From Thermoplasmata archaeon (lineage in GTDB: Archaea; Thermoplasmatota; Thermoplasmata; Lutacidiplasmatales; UBA184), in NCBI GenBank assembly GCA_035502035.1, contig DATJUZ010000049.1, positions 5,475 to 69,474 on the forward strand: DNA of 64,000 nt, in the 5' to 3' direction. A program made the position numbers and the translations under genes. Of the stretch, positions 35,756 to 45,497 are shown piece after piece; within the stretch, counting starts at the first letter, position 1; the number at the start of each line of letters is the position of its first letter. The notes under the pieces were generated by a model that was not told where the DNA came from, searched no databases, and worked only from the letters and a program-made list of their open reading frames with translations.

Positions 35756-36181
35756 ATGAATCCGCCGGACGACGAGCTGCGTCGGCTGCTGACCGGGGCG
35801 CGCACGCTCGCCGTCATCGGGCTCTCCGACAAGCCGGAGCGGGACTCGAACGAGGTCGCCCGTTACCTGCGGTCGCAGGGGTATCGGATCGTGCCGGTCA
35901 ACCCCGCGCTCCCCGAGGTCCTCGGGGAGCGGTCCTACCCGTCGCTCGCGGCGATCCCGCCGGACGTGCGGGTCGACATCGCGGTCGTCTTCCGCAAGAG
36001 CGAGGCGGTGCCGCCCATCGTGGACGAGGCGATCGCGCGACGGGTGCCGGTGCTCTGGATGCAGCTGGGGGTCGAGCATCCCGAGGCGGCGGCCCGAGCT
36101 CGCTCCCGGGGCGTCGTGGTCGTCGAGAACCTTTGCACGATGGCGACCCACCGTCGCCTCCAGCTCGGGCGGGTCGCCTAG
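35756..36181 (+). CDS. CoA-binding domain protein (YccU-like)
   Basis: TLAVIGLSDKPERDSNEVARYLRSQGYRIVPVNP is the CoA_binding_2 pattern. Confidence 0.65.
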   Translation: MNPPDDELRRLLTGARTLAVIGLSDKPERDSNEVARYLRSQGYRIVPVNPALPEVLGERSYPSLAAIPPDVRVDIAVVFRKSEAVPPIVDEAIARRVPVLWMQLGVEHPEAAARARSRGVVVVENLCTMATHRRLQLGRVA

Positions 36182-36191
36182 GCGCGGGTCG

Positions 36192-36980
36192 ATGGCCGCG
36201 GCAGAGCACCCGGCGACCGCCTTCCCCGACCCCGGTTCCCGTCCGGCGCCACGTCGGCCGACGGTCGCGGACCGCGGCACCGTGCTCCGCGCGGAGCTGA
36301 GCGCCGGTCGATGGTCGACGGAGGGCATCGCGAAGGTCGAGGGCGACGCGACCGTCGACCGCGCCCGGTTGCGCGGCACGGTCGTCGTCGGGGGCCGACT
36401 GGTCGCCGGGGAGGTGCGCCTCTCCGGCACGCTGGACGTCCGGGGAGCGGTCGCCGTCGACCGGGGACTCCGCACCGACGGCACGCTGCTCGCGCGTTCG
36501 ACCGTCGACGTCGGCGAGGCGGACCTGGACGGGACGACCCGCGTCCTCGGGGAACTGCGCGCCCGGACCGTCCTGAGGAGCCGGGGAAGCCTCACCGCCC
36601 CCGCGGTGCGGGCGCTCTCGGTCGACCTCGCCGGGACCGCGGAGGTCCCGGGCGAGCTCGCGGCGACCGCCGTGACGGCCCGCTTCGCGCGGAGCGCGCG
36701 GCTCGGCACGGTACGGGGACGAAAGGTCTCGCTGCGCGGCCCGGTGCCGAACCCGGTCCGCTGGGCGCTCGGCCTCCAGGCGGAGGTCGAGGTCGGCCGT
36801 ATCGAGGCGGACCGGACCTACCTCGAAGGGGTGCGCGTCGCCTTCGTCCGCGCTCCGGAGATCGAGCTCGGGCCGGCGAGCCACCTGCTCGCCCACGAAG
36901 GGACCGTGCTCCGGGCGCACCGAACGAGCCGGATCGGCCCGGAGTCCTGGAGCCCCGCGCCTCCCGGACTGCGCCGCTGA
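36192..36980 (+). CDS. Polymer-forming (bactofilin/CcmA-like) beta-helical repeat protein, tentative
   Basis: Periodic G.V.G/L.V.G repeats (VVVGGRLVAGEVRLSGTLDVRGAVAVDRGLRTDGTLLA...). Confidence 0.35.
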   Translation: MAAAEHPATAFPDPGSRPAPRRPTVADRGTVLRAELSAGRWSTEGIAKVEGDATVDRARLRGTVVVGGRLVAGEVRLSGTLDVRGAVAVDRGLRTDGTLLARSTVDVGEADLDGTTRVLGELRARTVLRSRGSLTAPAVRALSVDLAGTAEVPGELAATAVTARFARSARLGTVRGRKVSLRGPVPNPVRWALGLQAEVEVGRIEADRTYLEGVRVAFVRAPEIELGPASHLLAHEGTVLRAHRTSRIGPESWSPAPPGLRR

Positions 36981-37023
36981 GCCGCCGAAGCGGCTTTTAT
37001 CCGCCGCTTCGGTCGAGACGGCG

Positions 37024-39996
37024 ATGACCGGGGAGCCCGACGGACCGCCGGCCGCCTCGCCGCAGGAGCGGGAGCGGCGGGTCGCGGAGTTCTGGCGACG
37101 CGAGGGGGTCGCCGAGCGGGCGGTCGCGGGGGTCGCCGACGGACCGGTGTTCCGGTTCAGCGAGGGGCCGCCGACGGCGAACGGGCCCCCCCACCTCGGC
37201 CACCTGATCGCGCGCGTCCTCAAGGACGTCCAGCTCCGTTACCGGCGGCAGCGCGGCTATCGCATCCTCAGCCCGAAGGCCGGCTGGGACTGCCACGGCC
37301 TCGCGGTCGAGATCGAGATCGAGAAGCGGCTGGGGGTCCGCTCGCGCCAGGAGATCGACGCCTACGGGGTCGAGCGGTTCTGCGCGGCGTGCCGCGCCGA
37401 CACCCTCCGGGTCGCGGCGGTCTGGGAGGAGATGAGCTCGCGGATCGGCTACTGGCTCGACTACGAGCACCCCTACCGCACGATGGACGCCCCGTACATC
37501 GAGAGCGTCTGGTGGTCGCTCCGCCAGCTGTTCGACCGCGGCCTCCTCGAGAAGGGCCACTACGTCCTCCCGTACTGCCCCCGGTGCGAGACGACGCTCA
37601 GCTCGCACGAGGTCGCCCAGGGCTATCACGAGACGACCGACCCGTCCGTGACGGTCCGCTTTCCCCTGGACGGGAGCGACGGGCGCCGCTCGCTGCTCGT
37701 CTGGACGACGACCCCGTGGACGCTTCCGGCGAACCTCTTGGTCGCGGTCCGGGCCGACCTCGACTACGCGGTCGTCCGGCTCGCCGACGGCACCGAGGTC
37801 GTGGTCGCGGAGGGGGCGCGCGCGCGGTTCGTCCCCGCCGACGCGCCGGTCGTGGAGCGGGCGCGCGGGGCCGCGTGGGTCGGACGCTCCTACCGTCCCC
37901 CGTTCGACGCGCTCGCGCCGGCCCCCGGCCGCTTCCGCGTCGTCGCCGACGACTTCGTGACCGCGGACGAGGGGACCGGGTTCGTCCACCTCGCCCCGAG
38001 CTTCGGCCCGGACGACTACCGCGTCGGCGCGCGGGAGGGGGTCGGGGTCTTCGACCCGCTGGACGGCCGGGGACGGTTCACCGCGCAGGTCCCCCTGGTC
38101 GCCGGGAAGTCGTTCAAGGCGGCGGACCCGATCCTCACGCGGGAGCTCGAGGCGCGGGGCCTGCTCTACCGGTCCGAGTCGCTCCGCCACACCTACCCGT
38201 TCTGCTGGCGGTGCGACTCCGCGCTCCTCTACCGCGCGATCGACTCCTGGTTCGTGCGCACGTCGCGGGTCAGCCGCCGGCTGGTCGAGGCGAACGCGAC
38301 CGTGACGTGGGTCCCCGCCCACCTGCGCGAGGGACGGTTCGGGAACTTCCTCGGTGAGGCGAAGGACTGGGCGCTCTCCCGCGCCCGGTACTGGGGGACG
38401 CCGCTGCCGATCTGGCTCTGCCCGCAGGGACACGCGACGTGCATCGGGAGCTTCGCGGAGCTCGCCGAGCGGAGCGGGACGGAGCTCCCCCGGCCGTTCG
38501 ACCCGCATCGCGTCGAGGTCGACCGCCTGAGGGTCCGATGCGCGCGCTGCGACGCTCCGGCCGTGCGCGAGCCGTACACGATCGACGCCTGGTACGACAG
38601 CGGCTCGGCGCCGTTCGCCGCCTTCCACTACCCGTTCGAGCCGGGGCCGTTCGAGCCGGCGGAGCCGCTCGACTACATCTCCGAGGGGGTCGACCAGACG
38701 CGCGGGTGGTACTACACGCTCCTCGTCCTCGCGGTGACGTTGTTCGACCGGCCGGCCTACCGCTCCTGCCTGACGAGCGGGCTCGTCCTGGACGACTCCG
38801 GACGCAAGATGTCGAAGTCGAAGGGGAACGCGCTCGAGCCGATGGGCTTCCTCGAGGAGCTCGGCGCCGACGCCGCGCGCTGGGGGTTCCTCACGCTCGA
38901 CTTCACCGAGGAGATGCGGGTCGTCCCCGCGGAGTTCGCCCGCGCGGCCCACCGCACGGTCGGCACGCTCGGGCACGTGGTCGAGTTCCACCTCTCCAAC
39001 GCCGCCGAGGACCGTCTCGCGCCCCAGCTCACCCGTCCGGAGCCGAACGGCGTGCTCGACCGGTGGCTCCTCTCCCGGCTCGAGGGGACGCGCGCGAGCG
39101 TCGAGCGGGCGCTCGAGGCGTTCGACCCCCGGCCGGCGTCGGCCGCGGTCCGTGCGTTCGTCGACGACCTCTCGACCTGGTACCTGCGCCGTTCCCGGCC
39201 CCGCTTCTGGGGGGAGGAGGGGCCGGACGCCCGTCGGGCGGCGCATGCGACCCTCTCCTACGCCCTGCTCGGCCTCGCCCGGACGATCGCCCCGCTCGTC
39301 CCCTACGCCGCCGAGCGGACGTACCAGGAGGTCGGGGGCGGGGCGTACGCGCCGGGCGCCCCGTCGGTCCACCTCGCCGGCTGGCCCGGCCCGCTCGCGG
39401 AGCGGGACGAGCCCCTCGAGGCCGCGATGGAGCGGCTTCGCTCCACGGTGGAGGTCGGCCGCGCCCTGCGGCAGGACGCCGGCGTGAAGTCCCGGATCCC
39501 GCTCGAGGAGCTCCGGCTGTACGGCCCGCTCGCCGACGTCGCCCCGGCGCTCGGCGCGGAGGCCGACCGTCTCCTCGCCGCGGAGCTCAACGTGCGCCGG
39601 GTCGCGCGCCTTACGGCCGGGGAGATGCCCGACGCGTCGGCGTGGGTCGTCCACGAGGAGCACGGGGCCCCCCTCGCCGCGTTGCCCCGGCGCCCGACCC
39701 CCGAGCTGCTCGAGGAGGGATGGTACCGGGAGCTCGCGCGACGGCTGCAGCAGCGCCGCAAGGAACTGGGGCTCCGCTACGGCGAGCCCGTGCGGCTGGT
39801 CGTGAGCGCGGACGGTCCGCTGCGGAAGGCGATCGAGGCGCGCCGGGAGATCCTCGCACGCGAGCTGCTCGCCGACCCTCTCGAGGTCGTGGCGACCCCC
39901 CTCGGGGACGGCCCCGACGTGCGCACCTGGGAGTTCGAAGGGGTCCGCTGCGCCGCCGCCCTCACGCGACGGGCCGCCGCCGCGCCCGGTCCGTAG
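37024..39996 (+). CDS. ileS: Isoleucyl-tRNA synthetase
   Basis: PHLGH (HIGH-class motif) and KMSKSKGN are present. 990 aa. Confidence 0.9.
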   Translation: MTGEPDGPPAASPQERERRVAEFWRREGVAERAVAGVADGPVFRFSEGPPTANGPPHLGHLIARVLKDVQLRYRRQRGYRILSPKAGWDCHGLAVEIEIEKRLGVRSRQEIDAYGVERFCAACRADTLRVAAVWEEMSSRIGYWLDYEHPYRTMDAPYIESVWWSLRQLFDRGLLEKGHYVLPYCPRCETTLSSHEVAQGYHETTDPSVTVRFPLDGSDGRRSLLVWTTTPWTLPANLLVAVRADLDYAVVRLADGTEVVVAEGARARFVPADAPVVERARGAAWVGRSYRPPFDALAPAPGRFRVVADDFVTADEGTGFVHLAPSFGPDDYRVGAREGVGVFDPLDGRGRFTAQVPLVAGKSFKAADPILTRELEARGLLYRSESLRHTYPFCWRCDSALLYRAIDSWFVRTSRVSRRLVEANATVTWVPAHLREGRFGNFLGEAKDWALSRARYWGTPLPIWLCPQGHATCIGSFAELAERSGTELPRPFDPHRVEVDRLRVRCARCDAPAVREPYTIDAWYDSGSAPFAAFHYPFEPGPFEPAEPLDYISEGVDQTRGWYYTLLVLAVTLFDRPAYRSCLTSGLVLDDSGRKMSKSKGNALEPMGFLEELGADAARWGFLTLDFTEEMRVVPAEFARAAHRTVGTLGHVVEFHLSNAAEDRLAPQLTRPEPNGVLDRWLLSRLEGTRASVERALEAFDPRPASAAVRAFVDDLSTWYLRRSRPRFWGEEGPDARRAAHATLSYALLGLARTIAPLVPYAAERTYQEVGGGAYAPGAPSVHLAGWPGPLAERDEPLEAAMERLRSTVEVGRALRQDAGVKSRIPLEELRLYGPLADVAPALGAEADRLLAAELNVRRVARLTAGEMPDASAWVVHEEHGAPLAALPRRPTPELLEEGWYRELARRLQQRRKELGLRYGEPVRLVVSADGPLRKAIEARREILARELLADPLEVVATPLGDGPDVRTWEFEGVRCAAALTRRAAAAPGP

Positions 39997-40005
39997 GGGA
40001 CCGTT

Positions 40006-40581
40006 CTAGCGGACCGGACCGAGCACGGCCCGCACGACCGCTCCGCCCGGGGAGCTCTCGCGGAAGACCTCCGCCCCGAACCGGTAGACCGTCACGTCCT
40101 CCTCCCGCCAGGCCCCGGGAGGAAGACCGGCCTTCTCGCACGCCCCGTCCAGGAACGCCGCGGCGTCCCAGCCCTGCTCGGGCGCGACCTGCGGGAGCAG
40201 CAGCCCCCGGCGACGACCCCGCTCGACCTCGAGGCCGTCGACGCCGACGCGCACGCTGCCCGGCAGGTCGGCGCGCGCGACCGGCTCGGCCGGCGTGAGG
40301 AGCGAGACCTCGACCGTCAGCCCGGGGAGCTCGGCGGCGGTGATCGGCGGGAAGCGGGGGTCGCCGAGGGCGGCGGAGAGCGCCGCCTCCCCCAGCCCCT
40401 CCCCGAGCGGAAGGACGGCCCGGGGAAAGCCGACGCAGCCGCGCAGGCGGTGGCCGATGTGGCGGTACCAGCTGACGAAGACGCCGGTCGGCCGGGAGAA
40501 CGGGGCCGGGAGCCTCGCCGGGAGCGCACCGGCGTCCCGGGAACCGAGGGCGCGGGCGACCGACGCGCGCGCGAGGCGCAC
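40006..40581 (-). CDS. AMMECR1-domain protein
   Basis: GVFVSWYRHIGHRLRGCVG is the AMMECR1 LRGCIG signature. The track ORF start (40743) would overlap L40e. A GTG at ~40581 is proposed as the start (uncertain). Confidence 0.55.
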   Translation of the reverse strand: MRLARASVARALGSRDAGALPARLPAPFSRPTGVFVSWYRHIGHRLRGCVGFPRAVLPLGEGLGEAALSAALGDPRFPPITAAELPGLTVEVSLLTPAEPVARADLPGSVRVGVDGLEVERGRRRGLLLPQVAPEQGWDAAAFLDGACEKAGLPPGAWREEDVTVYRFGAEVFRESSPGGAVVRAVLGPVR

Positions 40582-40661
40582 GGCGAGCGCGCCGTCGTCG
40601 TCCGAGAATGCCGTCGGCGCGGAGGGCGCCCCGTCCACGACCTGTACCGGGCCGGCGGACG

Positions 40662-40668
40662 TTTTATA
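40662..40668. promoter_or_regulatory. TTTTATA box in the divergent AMMECR1 / L40e intergenic region
   Basis: An AT-rich heptamer 26 nt upstream of the L40e ATG. Its reverse complement TATAAAA faces the AMMECR1 gene. Confidence 0.45.
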
Positions 40669-40693
40669 GCGAACGGCCGTCGGCGCCGACCCG

Positions 40694-40846
40694 ATGCCGT
40701 TCCCCGAGGCCGTTGAGCGGCTGCTCAACAAGAAGATCTGCATGAACTGCTCGGCGAGGAACCCTCCCCGGGCGGTCCAGTGCCGCCGCTGCGGCTACAA
40801 GGGGCTCCGCGTCAAGTCGCGCGAGCGCTCGGGCAAGACCCAGTAG
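40694..40846 (+). CDS. rpl40e: 50S ribosomal protein L40e
   Basis: Translation [50 protein letters not shown] (50 aa, C4 zinc ribbon). Not in the ORF track because it is under 60 aa. Confidence 0.8.
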   Translation: MPFPEAVERLLNKKICMNCSARNPPRAVQCRRCGYKGLRVKSRERSGKTQ

Positions 40847-40850
40847 CCCC

Positions 40851-41642
40851 CTAAGGGGGGACGGACGGCCCCTCGCCCCGGGCGAACGGGACCGGCGAGC
40901 CGTGATGGACCTCGCGGGCGAGGGCGAGGCGCTTGGTCGCCAGGAAGACGAGGTTGCGGATCCCGTCGCGCCCGCTCTGCAGCTTGGGGGGCGTCGCGCG
41001 CTCGCCGTAGGCGATCGGCACCTCGACGAACCGCAGGCCCCGGACGATCGCCTCGAGCTTCAGCTCCTCGCTGAACGCCATCCCGTCGGAGGTGAGGTGG
41101 ACCTTCTCGAGGACGTCCCGGCGGAACACCCAGTAGCCGCTCTGGCTGTCGACGAGCCGCCGGCCGGGGACGGCGGCGAGGTAGCGATGGTAGGCGATGC
41201 CGAGGAACAGGTTCAGGACGCCGTTGCCGATCCGGTGCTCGGTCGTCATCGAGCGGCGGGTGATGCCGCTCATGCGGTCGCCGCTGAGGAAGTCGATCCG
41301 TTCGTCCAGGAGCCGCCGCACCGCCCCCGGGATCGTCTCGACCGGGTACGTACCGTCCCCGTCGGAGGTCGCGATCACCTCGCCCTGCGCGGCGCGGAAG
41401 CCGGTCTTGTAGGCCCGCCCGTAGCCGCGCCGGCGCTCGGTGAGGACCCGGGCCCCCTCCGCCTCGGCGATCGCCGCGGTCCGGTCGGTCGACGCGCCGT
41501 CGACGACCAGCGTCTCCCACGCGAGCGGCCGGTCGCTCAGGAACGTGCGGTTCGCCGCGTCCGCCGCCGCGTGGAACGAGCGGAGGACCTCCCCGACCGA
41601 GCGCTCCTCGTTCAGGGTCGGCACGACGAACGACGCGCGCAT
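40851..41642 (-). CDS. Family-2 glycosyltransferase (dolichyl-phosphate sugar transferase-like)
   Basis: FVVPTLNEE...VVDGASTDRT...SDGDGTY is the GT2 DxD-type N-terminus. Start is the ATG at 41642 (MRASFVV...). Confidence 0.7.
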   Translation of the reverse strand: MRASFVVPTLNEERSVGEVLRSFHAAADAANRTFLSDRPLAWETLVVDGASTDRTAAIAEAEGARVLTERRRGYGRAYKTGFRAAQGEVIATSDGDGTYPVETIPGAVRRLLDERIDFLSGDRMSGITRRSMTTEHRIGNGVLNLFLGIAYHRYLAAVPGRRLVDSQSGYWVFRRDVLEKVHLTSDGMAFSEELKLEAIVRGLRFVEVPIAYGERATPPKLQSGRDGIRNLVFLATKRLALAREVHHGSPVPFARGEGPSVPP

Positions 41643-41700
41643 CCGTGGAAGGGCCGGAACGCGACGGTCCCTTAAGGCCGCCCGACGGCTTTCCGACCCC

Positions 41701-42144
41701 GTGGCGCCCGCCTCCGGTGCGGTTCGGGGACGCCGATGGGGATCGTTCCCGACGACCGCCGACATCGGCCTCTGGGCGACCGGGCCGACGGCCTCGGCGC
41801 TCCTCGAGGGGCTCGGCCACGCGCTCTACGCCCTGCTCGCCGAGCCGCGTTCCGTGCGGCCCCGCGAGGAGCGGGTCGTCGAGGTCACGGGGCGGGACCC
41901 GGCCGAGGTGACGGTCGCCTTCCTCGGCGAGCTGCTCGTCCTCGCCGAGAGCGAGGGGTTCCTCGGACGGTCGATCGACGTCCGCACCTCCGGCCGCCCC
42001 GTCACCTCGGTCCGCGCGCGCATCGCCGGGGAGCGCTACGACCCGGCGCGGCACGTCGGGCGCACCGAGGTGAAGGCGGTGACCTACCACGACCTCCTCT
42101 TCGACCCGGTCGCGGGCCGGGCGCGCGTGATCGTCGACCTGTAG
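41701..42144 (+). CDS. Archease (RtcB tRNA-ligase cofactor)
   Basis: WGSFPTTADIGLWATGPTASALLEG matches the archease N-terminus (..HTADIG..A.G.tLEE..). The C-terminus KAVTYHDLLF...RVIVDL also fits. GTG start at 41701. Confidence 0.65.
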   Translation: MAPASGAVRGRRWGSFPTTADIGLWATGPTASALLEGLGHALYALLAEPRSVRPREERVVEVTGRDPAEVTVAFLGELLVLAESEGFLGRSIDVRTSGRPVTSVRARIAGERYDPARHVGRTEVKAVTYHDLLFDPVAGRARVIVDL

Positions 42145-42155
42145 CGGGGCCGGGG

Positions 42156-43292
42156 CTACGGCATCCGCGCGACGATCTCCGCGAGGGCCGAGCCGGCGGG
42201 CGGGGACCGGCCGTGACGCCGCAGGATCCGCTCGAGCGCGGCGAACGTGACCAGAAGGTCCGGCCAGTCGGCGATCCCCATGTGGCCGAGCCGGAAGATC
42301 TTGCCGGTGAGCGCGCCCTGGCCGCCCTGGACGAGGATGTTGTACTCCCGCTCGAGGACCTTGCGGAGCTGCGGGTCGCCGAGCCCGTCCGGGTTCTTGA
42401 GCGCCGTGACCGTGTCGGAGGCGAAGCGCCGGTCCGGGAACAGCTCGAGCCCGAGCGCGTCGGCGGCGGCGCGCGCCCCCTCGGCGAGGCGGTGCGTCCG
42501 CTCGAGGCGCCGCTCGAGCCCCTCCTCGCGGAGCAGGACGAGCGCCTCCCGCAGGGCGAGGAACAGGGGGACCGCGGGGGTCCACGGGGTGTCGTTCTTC
42601 TCGAGCGAGCTCAGGTGGGCCCCGAGGTCGAGGTAGTACGTTCCGGGGTGGAGCGCGGCGACGGCGCGGTCGGAGAGGTGGACGAGGGCGAGGCCCGCCG
42701 GCGCAGCGAGCCCCTTCTGGCTCCCCGCGACGACGGCGTCGATCCCCCAGGCGTCGATCGCCATCGGGACGCCGGCGACGGCGCTGATGCCGTCGACGAG
42801 GAACAGCGCCCCGGACCGCCGCACCGCCGGGGCGATCGCGGCGAGGTCGTTGACGAGCCCGACGCTCGTCTCGTTGTGGACGACGCAGACCGCGCGGACG
42901 TCCCCGGCCTCGATCGCGGCCTGGGCCTCCTCGACCGGCAGCCCCTTTCCCCACGGTGCGCGGACGGTCGTGACGTCCGACGCGTACCGGCGAACGATCG
43001 CGTCGGAGCGGTCCCCGAAGTTGCCGTTCGCGACGACGACGGTGCGGCCGTCCTTGGGGAGGAGCGAGCTGTAGACCGCCTCGAGGCCGGCGGTCCCGCT
43101 GCCGCTGAGGACGAGCTGGCGGCCCTTCGCCCCGAAGGCGACCGGCAGCAGCTCGCGGATCTCCTGCACGACCCCGTGGAAGTAGTCCCCGCGGTGGTTG
43201 AGCGACGGGGTCGCCATCGCGCGGAGCACGCGCGGATGGATCCGCACCGGCCCGGCGATCAGGAACGTGGTCGTCTCGGGGTCGAACGTCAT
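42156..43292 (-). CDS. Class-V PLP aminotransferase (serine-pyruvate/phosphoserine aminotransferase type)
   Basis: Fold-type-I class V pattern (...SQKGLAAPAGLALV...). Start is the ATG at 43292 (MTFDPETT...), overlapping the serA-like stop. Confidence 0.7.
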   Translation of the reverse strand: MTFDPETTTFLIAGPVRIHPRVLRAMATPSLNHRGDYFHGVVQEIRELLPVAFGAKGRQLVLSGSGTAGLEAVYSSLLPKDGRTVVVANGNFGDRSDAIVRRYASDVTTVRAPWGKGLPVEEAQAAIEAGDVRAVCVVHNETSVGLVNDLAAIAPAVRRSGALFLVDGISAVAGVPMAIDAWGIDAVVAGSQKGLAAPAGLALVHLSDRAVAALHPGTYYLDLGAHLSSLEKNDTPWTPAVPLFLALREALVLLREEGLERRLERTHRLAEGARAAADALGLELFPDRRFASDTVTALKNPDGLGDPQLRKVLEREYNILVQGGQGALTGKIFRLGHMGIADWPDLLVTFAALERILRRHGRSPPAGSALAEIVARMP

Positions 43293-44233
43293 CCGGCCCC
43301 CGCGGCCGGCGGCTCCGCCCGCGCGAGCGGGGGGAGGGCGGCGAGCACCTCCGCGACCACCCCCGCACCGGCGCGCCGCTGCGCCTCCTCGGTCGACGCC
43401 CCGAGGTGGGGGGTCGCGAGGACCCGCGGCTCCTCGAGGAGCTCGCGACGGGTCGGCGGCTCGACCTCGAAGACGTCCAGCGCCGCCCCGGCGAGCTGGC
43501 CGCTCCGGATCGCCTCGAGGAGTGCCGCCTCGTCCACGAGGGGGCCCCGGGCGACGTTGACGAGGTAGGCGCCGTGCCGCATCCGTGCGAACGCCGCCGC
43601 GTCCAGCAGGTGGCGGTTCTCGGGGGTGAGCGACGCGTGCACGCTGACGAGGTCGGAGTCGGCGAGCAGGCGCTCGAGCGACCGGAGCTCGGTCCGGTCG
43701 CCGGTCGAGGCGACGAACGGGTCGAAGGCGACGGTCCGGACCCCGAACGGCTCGAGGCGCCGCGCGACCTCGCGGGCGATGCGCCCGTAGCCGACGAAGC
43801 CGACGGTCCGGCCCGCGAGCTCGTGACCGTGGACTCCCTTCTCCCACCGTCCCGCCCGCATCCCGGTCAGGCTCGGGAACAGGTCCCGGACGAGGAGCAG
43901 GCAGAGCGCGACGGTCAGCTCCGCGACGCTCGTCGTCGCCGCCTGCGGGACGTTCACCACGCGGATCCCCCGCCCCGAGGCCGCGCCGACGTCGACGTTG
44001 TCGAGGCCGACGCCGGCCCGCGCGACGAGCCGGAGCTGCGGCGCCCCCGCGAGCAGCGCCGCCGTGACCTTCGTCCGGCTGCGCACGATCAGCCCCCAGG
44101 CGTCGTGCAGCCGGGCCGGCAGCTCGGCCGGGGTCGCGCTCGCGTCCAGGACGCGGCACGGGCCGTTGCGCAGCGCCGCGAGCGCCTCCGCGTCGATCGG
44201 ATCGGCGACGACGACCAGCGGCAGCTCGGCCAT
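43289..44233 (-). CDS. serA: D-isomer-specific 2-hydroxyacid dehydrogenase (phosphoglycerate dehydrogenase SerA-like)
   Basis: GFVGYGRIAREVARRLEPFG (NAD-binding motif). Catalytic ...NVARG...D...H region present. Confidence 0.7.
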   Translation of the reverse strand: MAELPLVVVADPIDAEALAALRNGPCRVLDASATPAELPARLHDAWGLIVRSRTKVTAALLAGAPQLRLVARAGVGLDNVDVGAASGRGIRVVNVPQAATTSVAELTVALCLLLVRDLFPSLTGMRAGRWEKGVHGHELAGRTVGFVGYGRIAREVARRLEPFGVRTVAFDPFVASTGDRTELRSLERLLADSDLVSVHASLTPENRHLLDAAAFARMRHGAYLVNVARGPLVDEAALLEAIRSGQLAGAALDVFEVEPPTRRELLEEPRVLATPHLGASTEEAQRRAGAGVVAEVLAALPPLARAEPPAAGAG

Positions 44234-44256
44234 CGGCGCGCCGAGCGGGCCTCCGC

Positions 44257-45237
44257 TCAAAAGGCCTTTGCGGCCGGAGCGGCCGCCGAGCGGGACTTCG
44301 GCACCGCGGTCTTCTCGAGCGCCGCGCGGACGATCGCCTCGCCGCGGATCCCGCGGATCCACGGCTCCGGCTTCACGAGGACGCGGTGCGCGAGCGCCGG
44401 CTCGGCGAGCGCCTTCACGTCGTCCGGGACGACGTAGTCGCGCCCGGCGAGCAGCGCGCGGGCCCGGGCGAGCTTCTGCAGCGCGAGCGAGCCCCGCGGG
44501 GAGGCCCCGACCTCGCTCCGCGGGTCGTCGCGCGTCGCCCGGACGAGGTCGACGATGTAACCGGCGATCGACGTGTCGATCTCGATCCCCTCGACGGCGA
44601 GCTGGAGGTTGCGGAACGTCGGGAGGTCGATCACCTTGGGGGCGTCGATCCGATCGTCCTTGCGGGCGCGCCGGCGCGCGAGGATCGCGCGCTCCTCCTC
44701 GAGGTCGGGGTAGCCGACCCGCAGCCGCAGCAGGAACCGGTCGACCTGGGCCTCGGGGAGCGGGTACGTCCCCTCCAGCTCGAGGGGGTTCTCGGTCGCG
44801 AGGACCAGGAACGGCCGCGGGAGCCCGTAGGTCGTCCGCTCGCTCGTCACCTGGTACTCCTGCATCGCCTCGAGGAGCGCGGACTGCACCTTCGGCGGGG
44901 CCCGGTTGATCTCGTCGGCGAGCAGGACGTTCGTGAACAGCGGCCCGGGCCGGAAGCTGAACGCCCCCTTCGTCGCGTCCAGGATCTCGCTGCCGGTGAT
45001 GTCGTGCGGCAGCAGGTCGGCGGTGAACTGGATCCGCTGGAAGCCGAGGCCGAGCGCGAGCGCGAACGACCGGGCCATCAGCGTCTTGCCGAGGCCCGGG
45101 AGGTCCTCGATGAGCAGGTGGCCGTCCGCGACGAGCCCGGTGAGGACCGTCTCGACGGCCTGCGTGCGCCCGACGACCGCGGTGCGGACCGACTGGCGGA
45201 CCTTCTCGGCGACCGCCTTCGCCTCGTCGGAGTTCAT
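44257..45237 (-). CDS. MoxR-family AAA+ ATPase
   Basis: Walker A EDLPGLGKT, Walker B LLADEINRAPPKVQSALLEAMQE and an AAA_3 architecture. Confidence 0.85.
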   Translation of the reverse strand: MNSDEAKAVAEKVRQSVRTAVVGRTQAVETVLTGLVADGHLLIEDLPGLGKTLMARSFALALGLGFQRIQFTADLLPHDITGSEILDATKGAFSFRPGPLFTNVLLADEINRAPPKVQSALLEAMQEYQVTSERTTYGLPRPFLVLATENPLELEGTYPLPEAQVDRFLLRLRVGYPDLEEERAILARRRARKDDRIDAPKVIDLPTFRNLQLAVEGIEIDTSIAGYIVDLVRATRDDPRSEVGASPRGSLALQKLARARALLAGRDYVVPDDVKALAEPALAHRVLVKPEPWIRGIRGEAIVRAALEKTAVPKSRSAAAPAAKAF

Positions 45238-45497
45238 CGCGCGCTCCGGGCCCCGGGACGACGGCCGCTCATAACGCGGTCGGCCGACCGCGGCCGCTCT
45301 GCCCCGGCCGTAACGATCCGCGTCACGGTAGGCGACTGCCCTCTCGGCGGTCTGACCCCGGCCGGGGTTTCGGACACCGGGGTTGTCCTCGCGTCACGCT
45401 CGGCGGACGACCCGTCCGCATAGAGTCGGGAGGGACCCTTCGTCGGTACCCGGGCGGCGGCGTTGGCCGCGCCGGGGAACGGACGGCGCCGCGGCTC

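Noticed and set aside
36997-39663. 888-aa minus-strand ORF antisense to ileS
   Set aside because: IleRS on the plus strand carries HIGH/KMSKS motifs. The antisense frame is compositional noise.
40795-43568. ORFs 40795..43368 (-, 857 aa) and 41736..43568 (+, 610 aa)
   Set aside because: They overlap the GT2, archease and class-V aminotransferase genes in other frames. No domain content.
45238-45497. 260-nt gap between the MoxR gene and the upstream small membrane-protein gene, as a possible ncRNA locus
   Set aside because: Only weak, imperfect GC hairpins were seen and no recognisable RNA motif. It is more likely an internal promoter or spacer region.
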